The notes under the pieces: generated by a model
What the model was told of the DNA's origin: nothing
The model's database searches: none
The model's input: the letters and a program-made list of their open reading frames with translations, nothing else
Source: Deltaproteobacteria bacterium
Lineage (GTDB): Bacteria; UBA10199; JACPAL01; JAHFST01
Assembly: GCA_023265625.1 (NCBI GenBank)
Contig: JAHFST010000014.1
Coordinates: 8,005 to 72,004, forward strand
Length of the DNA: 64,000 nucleotides
Direction: 5' to 3'
Translations under genes and position numbers: made by a program
In this document: one piece after another, positions 29,601 to 37,300 of the stretch
Position numbering within the stretch: position 1 is the first letter of the stretch
Layout: each line of letters begins with the position of its first letter

Positions 29601-30395
29601 GCCAATCCACCTTCTACTGATACTCCCAGTGCGGTTGTCCCAGAACAAAAACAGAACGGCCAAATTGTCAATGTTGCCAAGGAACAACAGCATCAGGAAG
29701 CGATGCCAAGTCTTGTTCTTCCCAACCTTCAGGTCATGATTTGCCCCGAGGGATGGCACGAGGCGATCGTCAGTTCTGGGCCGAACATGGGGAAGAGGAT
29801 ACCTTTGGATGAGGCCTGTCCTGATTTTCCTGATGAGCTTTTCAAAAAAGGTTTAGATAATTTAGATCCCAATGTGAAGGCGCTGGTAAACCCGATGGGT
29901 GCCTTTGTTCATGACTCAGATAATAAAGAATTATTGCATCAGATTAGCCAACTCACGATTTCGGCCTTTGACAGTTACCTCAAGGGGGCAGATCTTCCGA
30001 TACTGGGTGTCAGTCTCCCTAAGGGGGAATCACAAAATGGGACTTTGGTGCTCGAAGATCAATTGCCATCCAGGACTGTATTGAACAAATTGTTGCTTCG
30101 TGGCCAGTCCAGTATCTCCGTTAAGGACGATGGTTCCATCCTGGTGCCTTCGATCAGTCCTGCGGAACTTGCTCAGCTGGTGCCGAACCAGCCTCAGGCG
30201 TTGGCACTCAATGCGACGTCTCCATTTGGCCCAGCGGACTCGATCTTCACCGTGGTTCCCGTTTTGGGAACAGAAGGGGGAGGTCGCGGGGGCTGTAGTT
30301 TGATGTTGGAGTCCTCGGTACGTTCTCATCAGGCTGTTGGGGAGGCCTTGCAAAAGATGTCATGGCATGATTGGATTGTTTCCTGGTTCCATTAG
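26640..30395 (+). CDS. large secreted Cys-rich repeat protein (about 27-aa DDGNxCTxDxCxxGxxxH modules), Pro-rich spacer, C-terminal GGCSL motif
   Basis: Signal peptide MRLPLLTLLTLALSLVLFPVKG. Dozens of two-Cys modules. PPPPPITPPTPVKDPQTPP linker. GTG start. Confidence 0.8.
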   Translation: MRLPLLTLLTLALSLVLFPVKGWSNPLCAPGSPGCVGGTTGGFTTGGLTGGGTLPGPCTNFDIKQCTLGDPCKTATCVEYVDASHAKQAKCGPVTDLPDPESGLKTECNDRVCDSNQGGWVDKPLDGISCDDGDLCNGKEVCQAGSCQAGAKVVVPASTTCQTFSCDTATGLVVSKNKADGTPIADDGNVCTNDVCQGGKEIHPNKANGTILGVDGNACTQDICQNGKAYPAVSDGTKIADDGNLCTDDICKAGKPVHPVLSDGTLCSDGDACNGPEVCQSGLCKAGTPPVKPQDSLCTTYVCDKITGYVAQSKADGTPIADDGNSCTNDICQGGKETHPATADGTKIPDDGNPCTVDQCKGGKGVHEANDSLIPSDDGNECTNDLCVGGQAVHPNNNKILSSDNNVCTDDVCKDGVKYPTKADGTPIADDGNICTNDICQAGKEAHPAMADGTKIPDDGNPCTVDQCKGGKGVHEANDSLIPSDDGNECTNDLCVGGQAVHPNNNKILSSDNNVCTDDVCKDGVKYPTKADGTPIADDGNICTNDICQAGKEAHPAMADGTKIPDDGNPCTVDQCKGGKGVHEANDSLIPSDDGNECTNDLCVGGQAVHPNNNKILSSDNNVCTDDVCKDGVKYPTKADGTPIADDGNICTNDICQGGKESHPAVADGTVLGNTDSNICTQDRCINGQAQHEVILAEDDHDACTKDLCDPTFGMKHELIDKSEMDDNNDCTIDYCDKNNGVQHKAVGSNDGDACTVDTCDAQGGVKHGPVDTDDGDPCTLDSCDPATGVQHIAIADEACVAKPACTPIVCPAVVQADENGKAILACQINFNFEFADEFQYVQYKEGIFIDCNQDALFAQGDDIDGYTGQCQSHVTFISNQATQLNIQAYVRKSIIGQGPITFCPAAVTVMPPLPAFKEPPPPPPITPPTPVKDPQTPPKDSPIIPEPIADHKTDADPIVTAPVENPIPQDKIPTPVAQPVDTNPSSANPPSTDTPSAVVPEQKQNGQIVNVAKEQQHQEAMPSLVLPNLQVMICPEGWHEAIVSSGPNMGKRIPLDEACPDFPDELFKKGLDNLDPNVKALVNPMGAFVHDSDNKELLHQISQLTISAFDSYLKGADLPILGVSLPKGESQNGTLVLEDQLPSRTVLNKLLLRGQSSISVKDDGSILVPSISPAELAQLVPNQPQALALNATSPFGPADSIFTVVPVLGTEGGGRGGCSLMLESSVRSHQAVGEALQKMSWHDWIVSWFH
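27582..28648. repeat. 3.3 tandem copies of a 324-bp (108-codon) unit inside the Cys-rich protein gene
   Basis: Copies 27906-28229 and 28230-28553 look identical by eye. Copy 27582-27905 differs only in its first ~130 nt. A partial fourth copy runs to ~28648. The ORF track shows identical spurious ORFs at period 324. Confidence 0.9.
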
Positions 30396-30396
30396 G

Positions 30397-31659
30397 ATGC
30401 CCCCAATGCCCTTTCTCAGTTTCTTTCGTGGTGCCAACGAGGTCATGCGATTCCCGCTCCCGCCCGGTCCTGTCAAGATAGGTCGTCATCCCAGTTGCGA
30501 CATTAACCTCCCTGACGAAGCCATTTCTCGTTTTCATGCGGTGATTGAATTGCGTGGCGAGCAGTTTTGGATTGTGGATCAGAGCCGGAATGGGACGGCC
30601 TGCAATGGCCAACCCGTGGATAGCCAAGTTTTGCTGGATCGAGATGAATTAACCCTGGGGCCCTGGCGCGTGGTTTTTGTCCAAGAGGAGTCTTGGAGCG
30701 AACGCGAGACGGCGGTGGTGAAACAGAAAAGTTCTACCCGGACATTTTGCGGCATGGTGGGTCGGTGTGAAGAGATCCAGAAGGTCTTTTCCTTGATTGA
30801 AAAGGTGGCCAAGGGGGATTTGACGATCATGATTTTGGGAGAGACGGGGAGCGGTAAAGAGCTCGTGGCCCGGGCGATTCATGATTTGTCGCTGCGGGCG
30901 CGTGAGCCTTTTGTGACCCTCAATTGTGGGGCCATCTCGCCGCAGTTGATTGAATCGGAATTATTCGGCCATGAAAAGGGCGCCTTTACGGGGGCGATTT
31001 CAAGGCATACCGGGGCCTTTGAGCAGGGCTCCAATGGGACCCTGTTTCTCGATGAGGTTGGGGAGTTACCCTTGGAATTGCAGCCAAAGTTATTGCGTGT
31101 TTTGGAGCATCAGCGGTTTAGACGGGTGGGGGGGCAGGAAGAGATCAATACCGATGTGCGAATTTTGGCGGCGACTCATCAAAATTTGGAAACCAAAATT
31201 CGCGATGGGCAATTTAGGGAAGACCTATTTTTTCGCCTGTATGGGGTGCCCATTGTCATCCCGCCACTGCGAGAGCGCTCCGAAGATATTCCCCTGCTGG
31301 TTGATTTCTTTCTGGGGCAACTTCAGTCGGGAACTTATAAGAAGCCGAGTGCGAAGACGATGGAAAAACTGAAAAAATATCCCTGGAAGGGTAATGTTCG
31401 GGAGCTCAAGAACACGCTTGCCAGGGCGCTTTTGTTGTCCACCGGGAAGGAAATTCTCCCCTCAGACGTGATTTTTCCGGAATGGAAACAGCCTGAACCT
31501 CAGAGTGTTACGTTGCAAAATCGAGAGTTGGACAACATTCGCGATGCCTTGAAAAGACACCAATGGAACAAAAGTGCCGCCGCCGCCGAACTGGGTATTG
31601 CCAAATCAACGCTCTTTCAGAGGATTAGAGATTACAATATTAAAGACGAGGGGTACTAA
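30397..31659 (+). CDS. FHA-domain sigma54-dependent transcriptional activator
   Basis: FHA ([42 protein letters not shown]), AAA+ ([14 protein letters not shown]), HTH ([14 protein letters not shown]). ATG 30397 sits directly after the upstream stop. Confidence 0.85.
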   Translation: MPPMPFLSFFRGANEVMRFPLPPGPVKIGRHPSCDINLPDEAISRFHAVIELRGEQFWIVDQSRNGTACNGQPVDSQVLLDRDELTLGPWRVVFVQEESWSERETAVVKQKSSTRTFCGMVGRCEEIQKVFSLIEKVAKGDLTIMILGETGSGKELVARAIHDLSLRAREPFVTLNCGAISPQLIESELFGHEKGAFTGAISRHTGAFEQGSNGTLFLDEVGELPLELQPKLLRVLEHQRFRRVGGQEEINTDVRILAATHQNLETKIRDGQFREDLFFRLYGVPIVIPPLRERSEDIPLLVDFFLGQLQSGTYKKPSAKTMEKLKKYPWKGNVRELKNTLARALLLSTGKEILPSDVIFPEWKQPEPQSVTLQNRELDNIRDALKRHQWNKSAAAAELGIAKSTLFQRIRDYNIKDEGY

Positions 31660-31877
31660 GGCGTGGTCATCTCGACACTGGCCGCCTGGAGACCTTTGGC
31701 GCCCTGGGTAATTTCAAAAGTCACTTCTTGTCCTTCTTTCAAAGACTTAAAGCCATCGCCTTGAATGGCAGAGTAATGGACAAACACATCTTCCCCATTT
31801 TCCTGTTCGATAAAGCCAAAACCTTTGGCATTATTAAACCACTTGACCTTACCCTTAACGCGTTCCCCTTCAGACAT
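31656..31877 (-). CDS. cold-shock protein (CspA family)
   Basis: [16 protein letters not shown] (RNP1) and DVFVHYS (RNP2). 73 aa from the internal ATG of the 100-aa ORF. Confidence 0.9.
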   Translation of the reverse strand: MSEGERVKGKVKWFNNAKGFGFIEQENGEDVFVHYSAIQGDGFKSLKEGQEVTFEITQGAKGLQAASVEMTTP

Positions 31878-31975
31878 GATGAACCCTTTCGCTGTGTGTT
31901 GTGACGATTCGTGCTGTTGGTAGTATAGGGGGAAAGGGGTGTCAAGGGGTTCCCGCAAGCGGGTTCCCGCGAGCT

Positions 31976-32248
31976 TTAGGGGCTACCCAGTTCAATGACA
32001 ATTTCATCGGGTTTCACGTACCCCATGCGTTCATGAATCATCTTCTCAAGGTAGTGAGAGTCTTTAAGTCGTACGACTTCTTCTTGCAGCTTGGTATTTT
32101 TGTCCGCCATCTCAAAATTTTCCTGCTTCAAGCGCTGCTCGGCCGCTCGCAACCTTTGTAATTTAAAAAACCCCTGATCGCCAAAGAGGCAGAGCAGCAC
32201 CAAGACGAAGGTAAAAGCCAAAAATTTGAGATAACGCATCACACGCAT
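31976..32248 (-). CDS. ftsB: septum formation initiator FtsB/DivIC-like
   Basis: N-terminal TM, coiled coil, then C-terminal [10 protein letters not shown] motif. Start uncertain (32248/32239/32272). Confidence 0.65.
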   Translation of the reverse strand: MRVMRYLKFLAFTFVLVLLCLFGDQGFFKLQRLRAAEQRLKQENFEMADKNTKLQEEVVRLKDSHYLEKMIHERMGYVKPDEIVIELGSP

Positions 32249-32336
32249 ACGGTTAACCGTTAGATTTAACACAACTTTGTTTAAGGCGCGAGCTGTAAGT
32301 GATAAAGACGGAGGTTTTTTTACTCGCCTGCATTTG

Positions 32337-32364
32337 TTGACAAGATTTATGAGTAGGATATAAT
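32337..32364 (+). promoter_or_regulatory. consensus sigma70 promoter of the mazEF-like operon
   Basis: TTGACA (32337-32342), 16-nt spacer, TATAAT (32359-32364). AAGGAGGGG SD before ATG 32390. Confidence 0.65.
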
Positions 32365-32389
32365 GTCATACCGATAAGGAGGGGATTTT

Positions 32390-32629
32390 ATGGCGGTGGC
32401 AAAAGTGGCAATTACTCTCGATAGGAAGTTATTGAGTCAGGTAGATGGTCTCGTGCAGCGAGGTCGTTTTTCCAACAGGAGTCAGGCTATCCAGGCGGCG
32501 GTACGGGAAAATTTGCATCGTTGGGAGCGCAGGCGTTTGGTACAGGAAGTCATGAAACTCGATACGGATGAGGAGAGGGGTTTTGCTGAGGAAGTTTTTA
32601 CGGGAGAGTCTCCTTGGCCAGAGTACTGA
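32390..32629 (+). CDS. RHH (CopG-type) antitoxin of a MazF/PemK toxin
   Basis: VAITLDRKLLSQVDGLVQRGRFSNRSQAIQAAVRE RHH pattern. Overlaps the toxin gene. Confidence 0.7.
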   Translation: MAVAKVAITLDRKLLSQVDGLVQRGRFSNRSQAIQAAVRENLHRWERRRLVQEVMKLDTDEERGFAEEVFTGESPWPEY

Positions 32630-32952
32630 GAGGCGAAATCTATTGGGCCGATCTCGACCCCGTGAAGGGCCATGAGCAAGCGGGCCGTCGACCGGTCTTG
32701 GTGATCAGCCATGATATCCTCAACGAACGTTCAGGCACCGTGATCGCCTTGGCGCTTACCAGTAAATCACCCAAGGCGGGTTATCCTCTGACCTACGGTC
32801 CCCTCAAGCAGTCACGATTAGCAAAACTCTCGTGGGTCAAGATCAACCAGATCAGGACCATTTCCACAGAACGGTTGGGAGACAGGATAGCGAAAGTTGC
32901 CGAAGAAGAGATGCAGGATGTCATTGAAGGTCTCCTGGAGCTGGTTGGGTAG
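32614..32952 (+). CDS. mazF: MazF/PemK-family endoribonuclease toxin
   Basis: RGEIYWADLDPVKGHEQAGRRPVLVISHD is the hallmark MazF N-terminus. Confidence 0.8.
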   Translation: MARVLRGEIYWADLDPVKGHEQAGRRPVLVISHDILNERSGTVIALALTSKSPKAGYPLTYGPLKQSRLAKLSWVKINQIRTISTERLGDRIAKVAEEEMQDVIEGLLELVG

Positions 32953-32972
32953 TAAAGTATTAGTAAAGTATT

Positions 32973-33269
32973 TTGACTTTAGGAGAATTTGTCGATAGGT
33001 TCAAGCCCGACTCACCCATGCAATTTCTCGAGCTCCTCAAAAAAGTTGAAAAATCAAAAATTCGGTATAGCAAAAAAAAGATGCCCAATAAGAAAAAAGG
33101 CGGTTTTCGATATTATCGAACCCAAGAGCAAATTCGAGATTACATGAGGGTACCCGCGGAAAAAAAACTGCGCTGGCTCGAAGACATGTGGCGTTTCAAT
33201 CGCGAAGTGGCCCGTTCCAACCCAAAGATCGCCGAGATTCAAGAAAAGTTCCGCCAAGGGAAAATTTAG
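32973..33269 (+). CDS. hypothetical small basic protein
   Basis: 98-aa ORF (TTG start), Lys/Arg-rich, no motif recognised. Confidence 0.35.
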   Translation: MTLGEFVDRFKPDSPMQFLELLKKVEKSKIRYSKKKMPNKKKGGFRYYRTQEQIRDYMRVPAEKKLRWLEDMWRFNREVARSNPKIAEIQEKFRQGKI

Positions 33270-33288
33270 GCGGCGGCCCTTCGTCTTC

Positions 33289-34314
33289 TTAAACTCCGGG
33301 AATCGGTAGGAGTGAAAGAGGTAGAATGGAGGCTGGGTTTCGCTTAACTAGGGTTTCATAAAGCAAGAATGCCCTTTGGTCCCAATCCATACCCAGGTCG
33401 TCGGCCAGATCCCGCCGGACTTCAACCGGTTCGGTCAAATAGAGGCCTATTCCTCCAAGGAGGTCTTGCAATGTGTTCGGTTCTTGATCCGGATGGCCTT
33501 CCAAGAAGCGTTTCAACAAGACATCCTGACGTTCCATTCTGCCTGCCAATTTTCGATAGAAATCAAACCGCAGTGCGGCGTAGTGGCCCGATCCGCAAAT
33601 CACTTCGGCCGCGTAGCTTCGTACGGAGGAGGGAAGATCGGGGCGACGCGCTGGTGCTTTGTCCAGGATGGTCCAGCCTTTTTGCTCGGCCAGGCGCCGA
33701 AATTTTGAATCGGGCTTCACCGCAAAAACTTGGGCCCAGCCGAATTGGAGGGCCATGTCGCGGTCCCAATAGGAGTCGGTATAGACCGCATGGGCCGTAA
33801 GACCTTGGGCCTCAAAAAGGGCGCCCAGAATATTGGGTTTTTTCCTTCCCGTGACCGGCATCGGCCAAAAACCATCATTGACGTACAGATGGTCCGCTTG
33901 AAGACGCCGCAGCAGCGGTTCGGCAAAGGGACGAAAGGCTCCGGTGATCAGGACAGTGGTCTGCAGGTTGGCGCGTCGCAGGGCCAACTCCTCCGCCATA
34001 TGGGGAAAGATCAGGTGTCCCAGGTCCTGTTCGGAAAATTGTGCGAGCTTTTCCTTGTACAAGGGATGTTGGCTGAGCCTTTGGGACCACTTCAACAAGG
34101 GGCGCAGGCTCCCAAAAGAGGGTACCCTACTCCAGGCCCACAAGGGGAGGGTGAATGGGTGGGCCAGGACTCCGAGCAGGGCCAAAGGGTGGTTCTTGGC
34201 CAGATAGTTTATTCCCATGCGTCCGCTATTGGGAGCAAGGGTGCCGTCGAGGTCGAAGGCGACCGCCATCTTTCGGGCGGCTGTGGGAAGTCGTGAAAGG
34301 GGGAGCAACATCAC
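33289..34314 (-). CDS. HAD-IB family hydrolase fused to an unknown ~115-aa C-terminal domain
   Basis: HAD motifs FDLDGTL (I), ITGA (II), GRKKP (III), YTDSYWDRD (IV). GTGATG start overlaps the stop of the 1893-aa gene. Confidence 0.7.
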   Translation of the reverse strand: MMLLPLSRLPTAARKMAVAFDLDGTLAPNSGRMGINYLAKNHPLALLGVLAHPFTLPLWAWSRVPSFGSLRPLLKWSQRLSQHPLYKEKLAQFSEQDLGHLIFPHMAEELALRRANLQTTVLITGAFRPFAEPLLRRLQADHLYVNDGFWPMPVTGRKKPNILGALFEAQGLTAHAVYTDSYWDRDMALQFGWAQVFAVKPDSKFRRLAEQKGWTILDKAPARRPDLPSSVRSYAAEVICGSGHYAALRFDFYRKLAGRMERQDVLLKRFLEGHPDQEPNTLQDLLGGIGLYLTEPVEVRRDLADDLGMDWDQRAFLLYETLVKRNPASILPLSLLPIPGV

Positions 34315-37300
34315 GCCGCTGCTTGCGTTTTTTTCGGGATGAACGCTTCTTTATGGGCCCGTTTTACCATATCGCGGATGGTCTCGTGATCCTTAGGATC
34401 GGCATGGCGCCAGAGTGCTTCTGCCAGACGTTTGAAACGGGCCTTGCCTTCCTCTGTGTCCTCTTCGCGTGCGAACAATTCGGCATGATGGACCAACAGC
34501 TCTTGGGCCTTGGCCTGATTGTCTTTGAGGGCGGCAAGGATGTCATAGGCGTTACGCTCACTGGGGAAGAAGATGTGGATCAAGTTCTGCACGAAATCTC
34601 CCAAGCCCGGCCATTCAAAGTCGTCAAAGATTCTCGCCAATCGTCTGATGCTGGCTTCAAAACCATGCTCGTCCATCCGAATGCGCGTGACCTGGAGGAA
34701 TCCACCCACTAGGCTTTGCTCTCCTCCGCTCAAGAGGATTGCTTCCTGGAGAAGACGGTCGAGTAGTTGTTGGCCGACTTCCATATCGGAAGTAGGGGCC
34801 ACCTCACCTCGGGCGGTTCGTTGTGTCCTAATGTCATCAATGATGCTGTTGACCACTCCCACGAGGAGAGACTGCATGGCAGGGCCCACTCCTAGCTTTA
34901 AAATCTCTTGCATGTCTTTACCGGCATTTTTTAGTCCCCCGAACACATGTGCCGCACCCAGAAAACCGTCGTAACCTCCCTGCACAGCTTCCTGGAGATG
35001 ATCACCAACGCTTGCAATGTGTCCTCGGATAAGTTCTTGATGACGTCTTAACGTCAATCTCACTTCGGCCGGCACCCGTTCATCTGAGGCCAATTTTTCC
35101 ACGGCCCAGTTTAGGAGTTGCGGTCCCAAAACCTTGGCAACGACACCGTATGCCTCCACCATTTTACGGGGCTCCATGGGGTAGTCCTTGTCAGTGATGG
35201 AACGAGCCAAACGTAACAAGAGGTTTTTCTCGCGCGAGCTTTTGCTCGTGAGCGACAAGGCATAAGTGCCGATCAGGAGTAACGCTTGTATGGCCTTGCT
35301 TTGCGGCAGATCTTTGCCGATGGCCCCGGCGGCTTGATGCTGAGCGAGATTGCCGATCCACATGAGGGTCGTTTTGAGTTGGTCCAGCGCGCCGCTTCGT
35401 TCCATCTTAGGATAGTCGGGCTTTTGACGAACCGCATGCACCTGGTCATTGTAGAGACGTTTGGTCAGGAGGTCGGACAAGAGTTCATGAGCCCTTGGCC
35501 TATGTTCAGCTTTCAAGAGAAGGATGGCCCGTTCGAGCATGGTATGTTCGGATTGTTTCATTAAGGGACGAAACGATCCCTTTTTCGGCCTTAGCCGTTC
35601 GACCGCGCTTTTTTTACGATAGGGTGAAGCCCCAGCGATCAATGCTCCGTCTTGTTCCAATAATTCCGCCAGTTCCCGAGCGGTTCTTGCCATGGACTCT
35701 AATTCTGGCTTTGCCATTGCTCTCAAGTCATTAAAGGTCGCTACAGCCAGGTCTTTGGCTTTTCGAGAACTTTCTAGATAAAGGCCGCGGGTATCTTTTC
35801 TCCTGATCGGAATAGTCATGGGGTCATCGTTGAGTCCCTTGACCTTATCGGTGCGTCGTGCCCGTGCCACTAAGGTCCATTGGGGAGGTGATTCGACTTC
35901 TCCCACACCGTCTCGTTCCATGGCACGGAGGGTGGAGAGGACGGACCCATCCCGTCCCCTGTTGAGCCGGGCCTTGGCATGACTATCCGGTTGTGGCCCC
36001 ATCGATCGGACGGCGATGTATCGCTCCAATGGATTGGCCGTAAAACGTTCCGGCTGGTAGACCCTCACTTGTGTGGGCATGATGCCAAACGGATTGAGGC
36101 CTAGGCTGCGTTTTTCCGAACTTTCTCCGCGCCGATTGGCGGAGACCGCGTGCCATGCGTTGACCGCCCGATCGTCGGCCAAGTCATCGTAAGGGCACAG
36201 GCCGCGATATTTGCAATGGACATCCCCTTTGTTTCTCAGGATCAGCTCGATGTCATGACGTTCCGCATCGGTGAAGAGGGGTTCCCCTCCCGGGCCTCTT
36301 GCCAGTGGGTCGAAGTGGGCCGCGCGGTAACGGTTCAAGATCGAGGTCACATACTCGGCTATCTGGGTCCGCGTGATGATTTTCTTTTCCGCGATGGCTT
36401 GTCGGATGGCGTTTTCGATATCCTGTTCCCTCCATCCGTAGAAATCGATCCCCAATAAGGCGTTGAAAAAGGCCCGCGCCAGCGGTGTTTTTGTGGCGTT
36501 TTTGGCCATCTCATAGATGCGCGATTCCATCGTTGAGCTGTACAGGACCGGGGCCTTACCCGTTTGAGCGCGGTAACCGATCAGAAAAGCCACCGCCTCG
36601 GGGCGGAGGTTGATGTGTTCCGTGAACTGGGTGATCTTGGAGAGGAACTGTTCTTCATCCTCAACGGAGCGAGGGGGTCCCGTCATCCAATCGACCACTT
36701 CCCGATACAAGATATCGGGGATGTCCTCTTCGATTTCAAAGACATGGTCCCAGAGAAAACCGTCGCCATCGAATGCCGTGGTCGTTCCATGGGCCACATT
36801 TTTTTCCCCCTTGGAAGCGCCACGTTGTACCATCTCTTGCAAGACCCGCCGGGCCGTATCCGTGCCTTGTTTGGGGAATCCTTTCAGGAGGGCCTTCGCC
36901 CGATCGGGCGGCATGACTCGGTCTAAACGGAGTTGTTCGGGAGTGCGTATTGTCTTGGCCTCACGACGGCCTCGCGTGTCATACGACGGCGGAGGAGACA
37001 TGTCGGTCAAGCGATCCACCATGTGTCGATAGGTCCCGTGCCAACTCTCATACATCTGTTCTTCACGGGGCAGGGCACGCAGCTCCGCTTCCCGATGTTT
37101 TTGTGCTTCATTTTGTGCTGGAGCGACGGCCAGATCCATCATGGCCGAGGCGTCTTCCTCTTGCAGCCAGAGGACGGCGCAGTTGTTCACCTTTTGCATC
37201 AGATAGTCCATGTCGCCTTCCGAGAGAGGCGAGCCGTCTTCATAGGTGAATGAAACACCATGACCTGCCAGCGCCTCTTTGACCTCTTCTCCACTGAGCA

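Noticed and set aside
31656-31659. Convergent overlap of the stop codons of the FHA-sigma54 activator (+) and the cold-shock gene (-)
   Set aside because: The overlap is real but trivial (CTAA). No shared terminator hairpin is evident, and it carries no further functional implication.
33730-34712. Plus-strand ORFs of 188 aa and 185 aa overlapping the HAD gene and the 3' end of the giant gene
   Set aside because: They are antisense to well-supported minus-strand genes (HAD motifs in order; long uninterrupted ORF). The translations are Gly/Arg/Pro-rich with no motifs.
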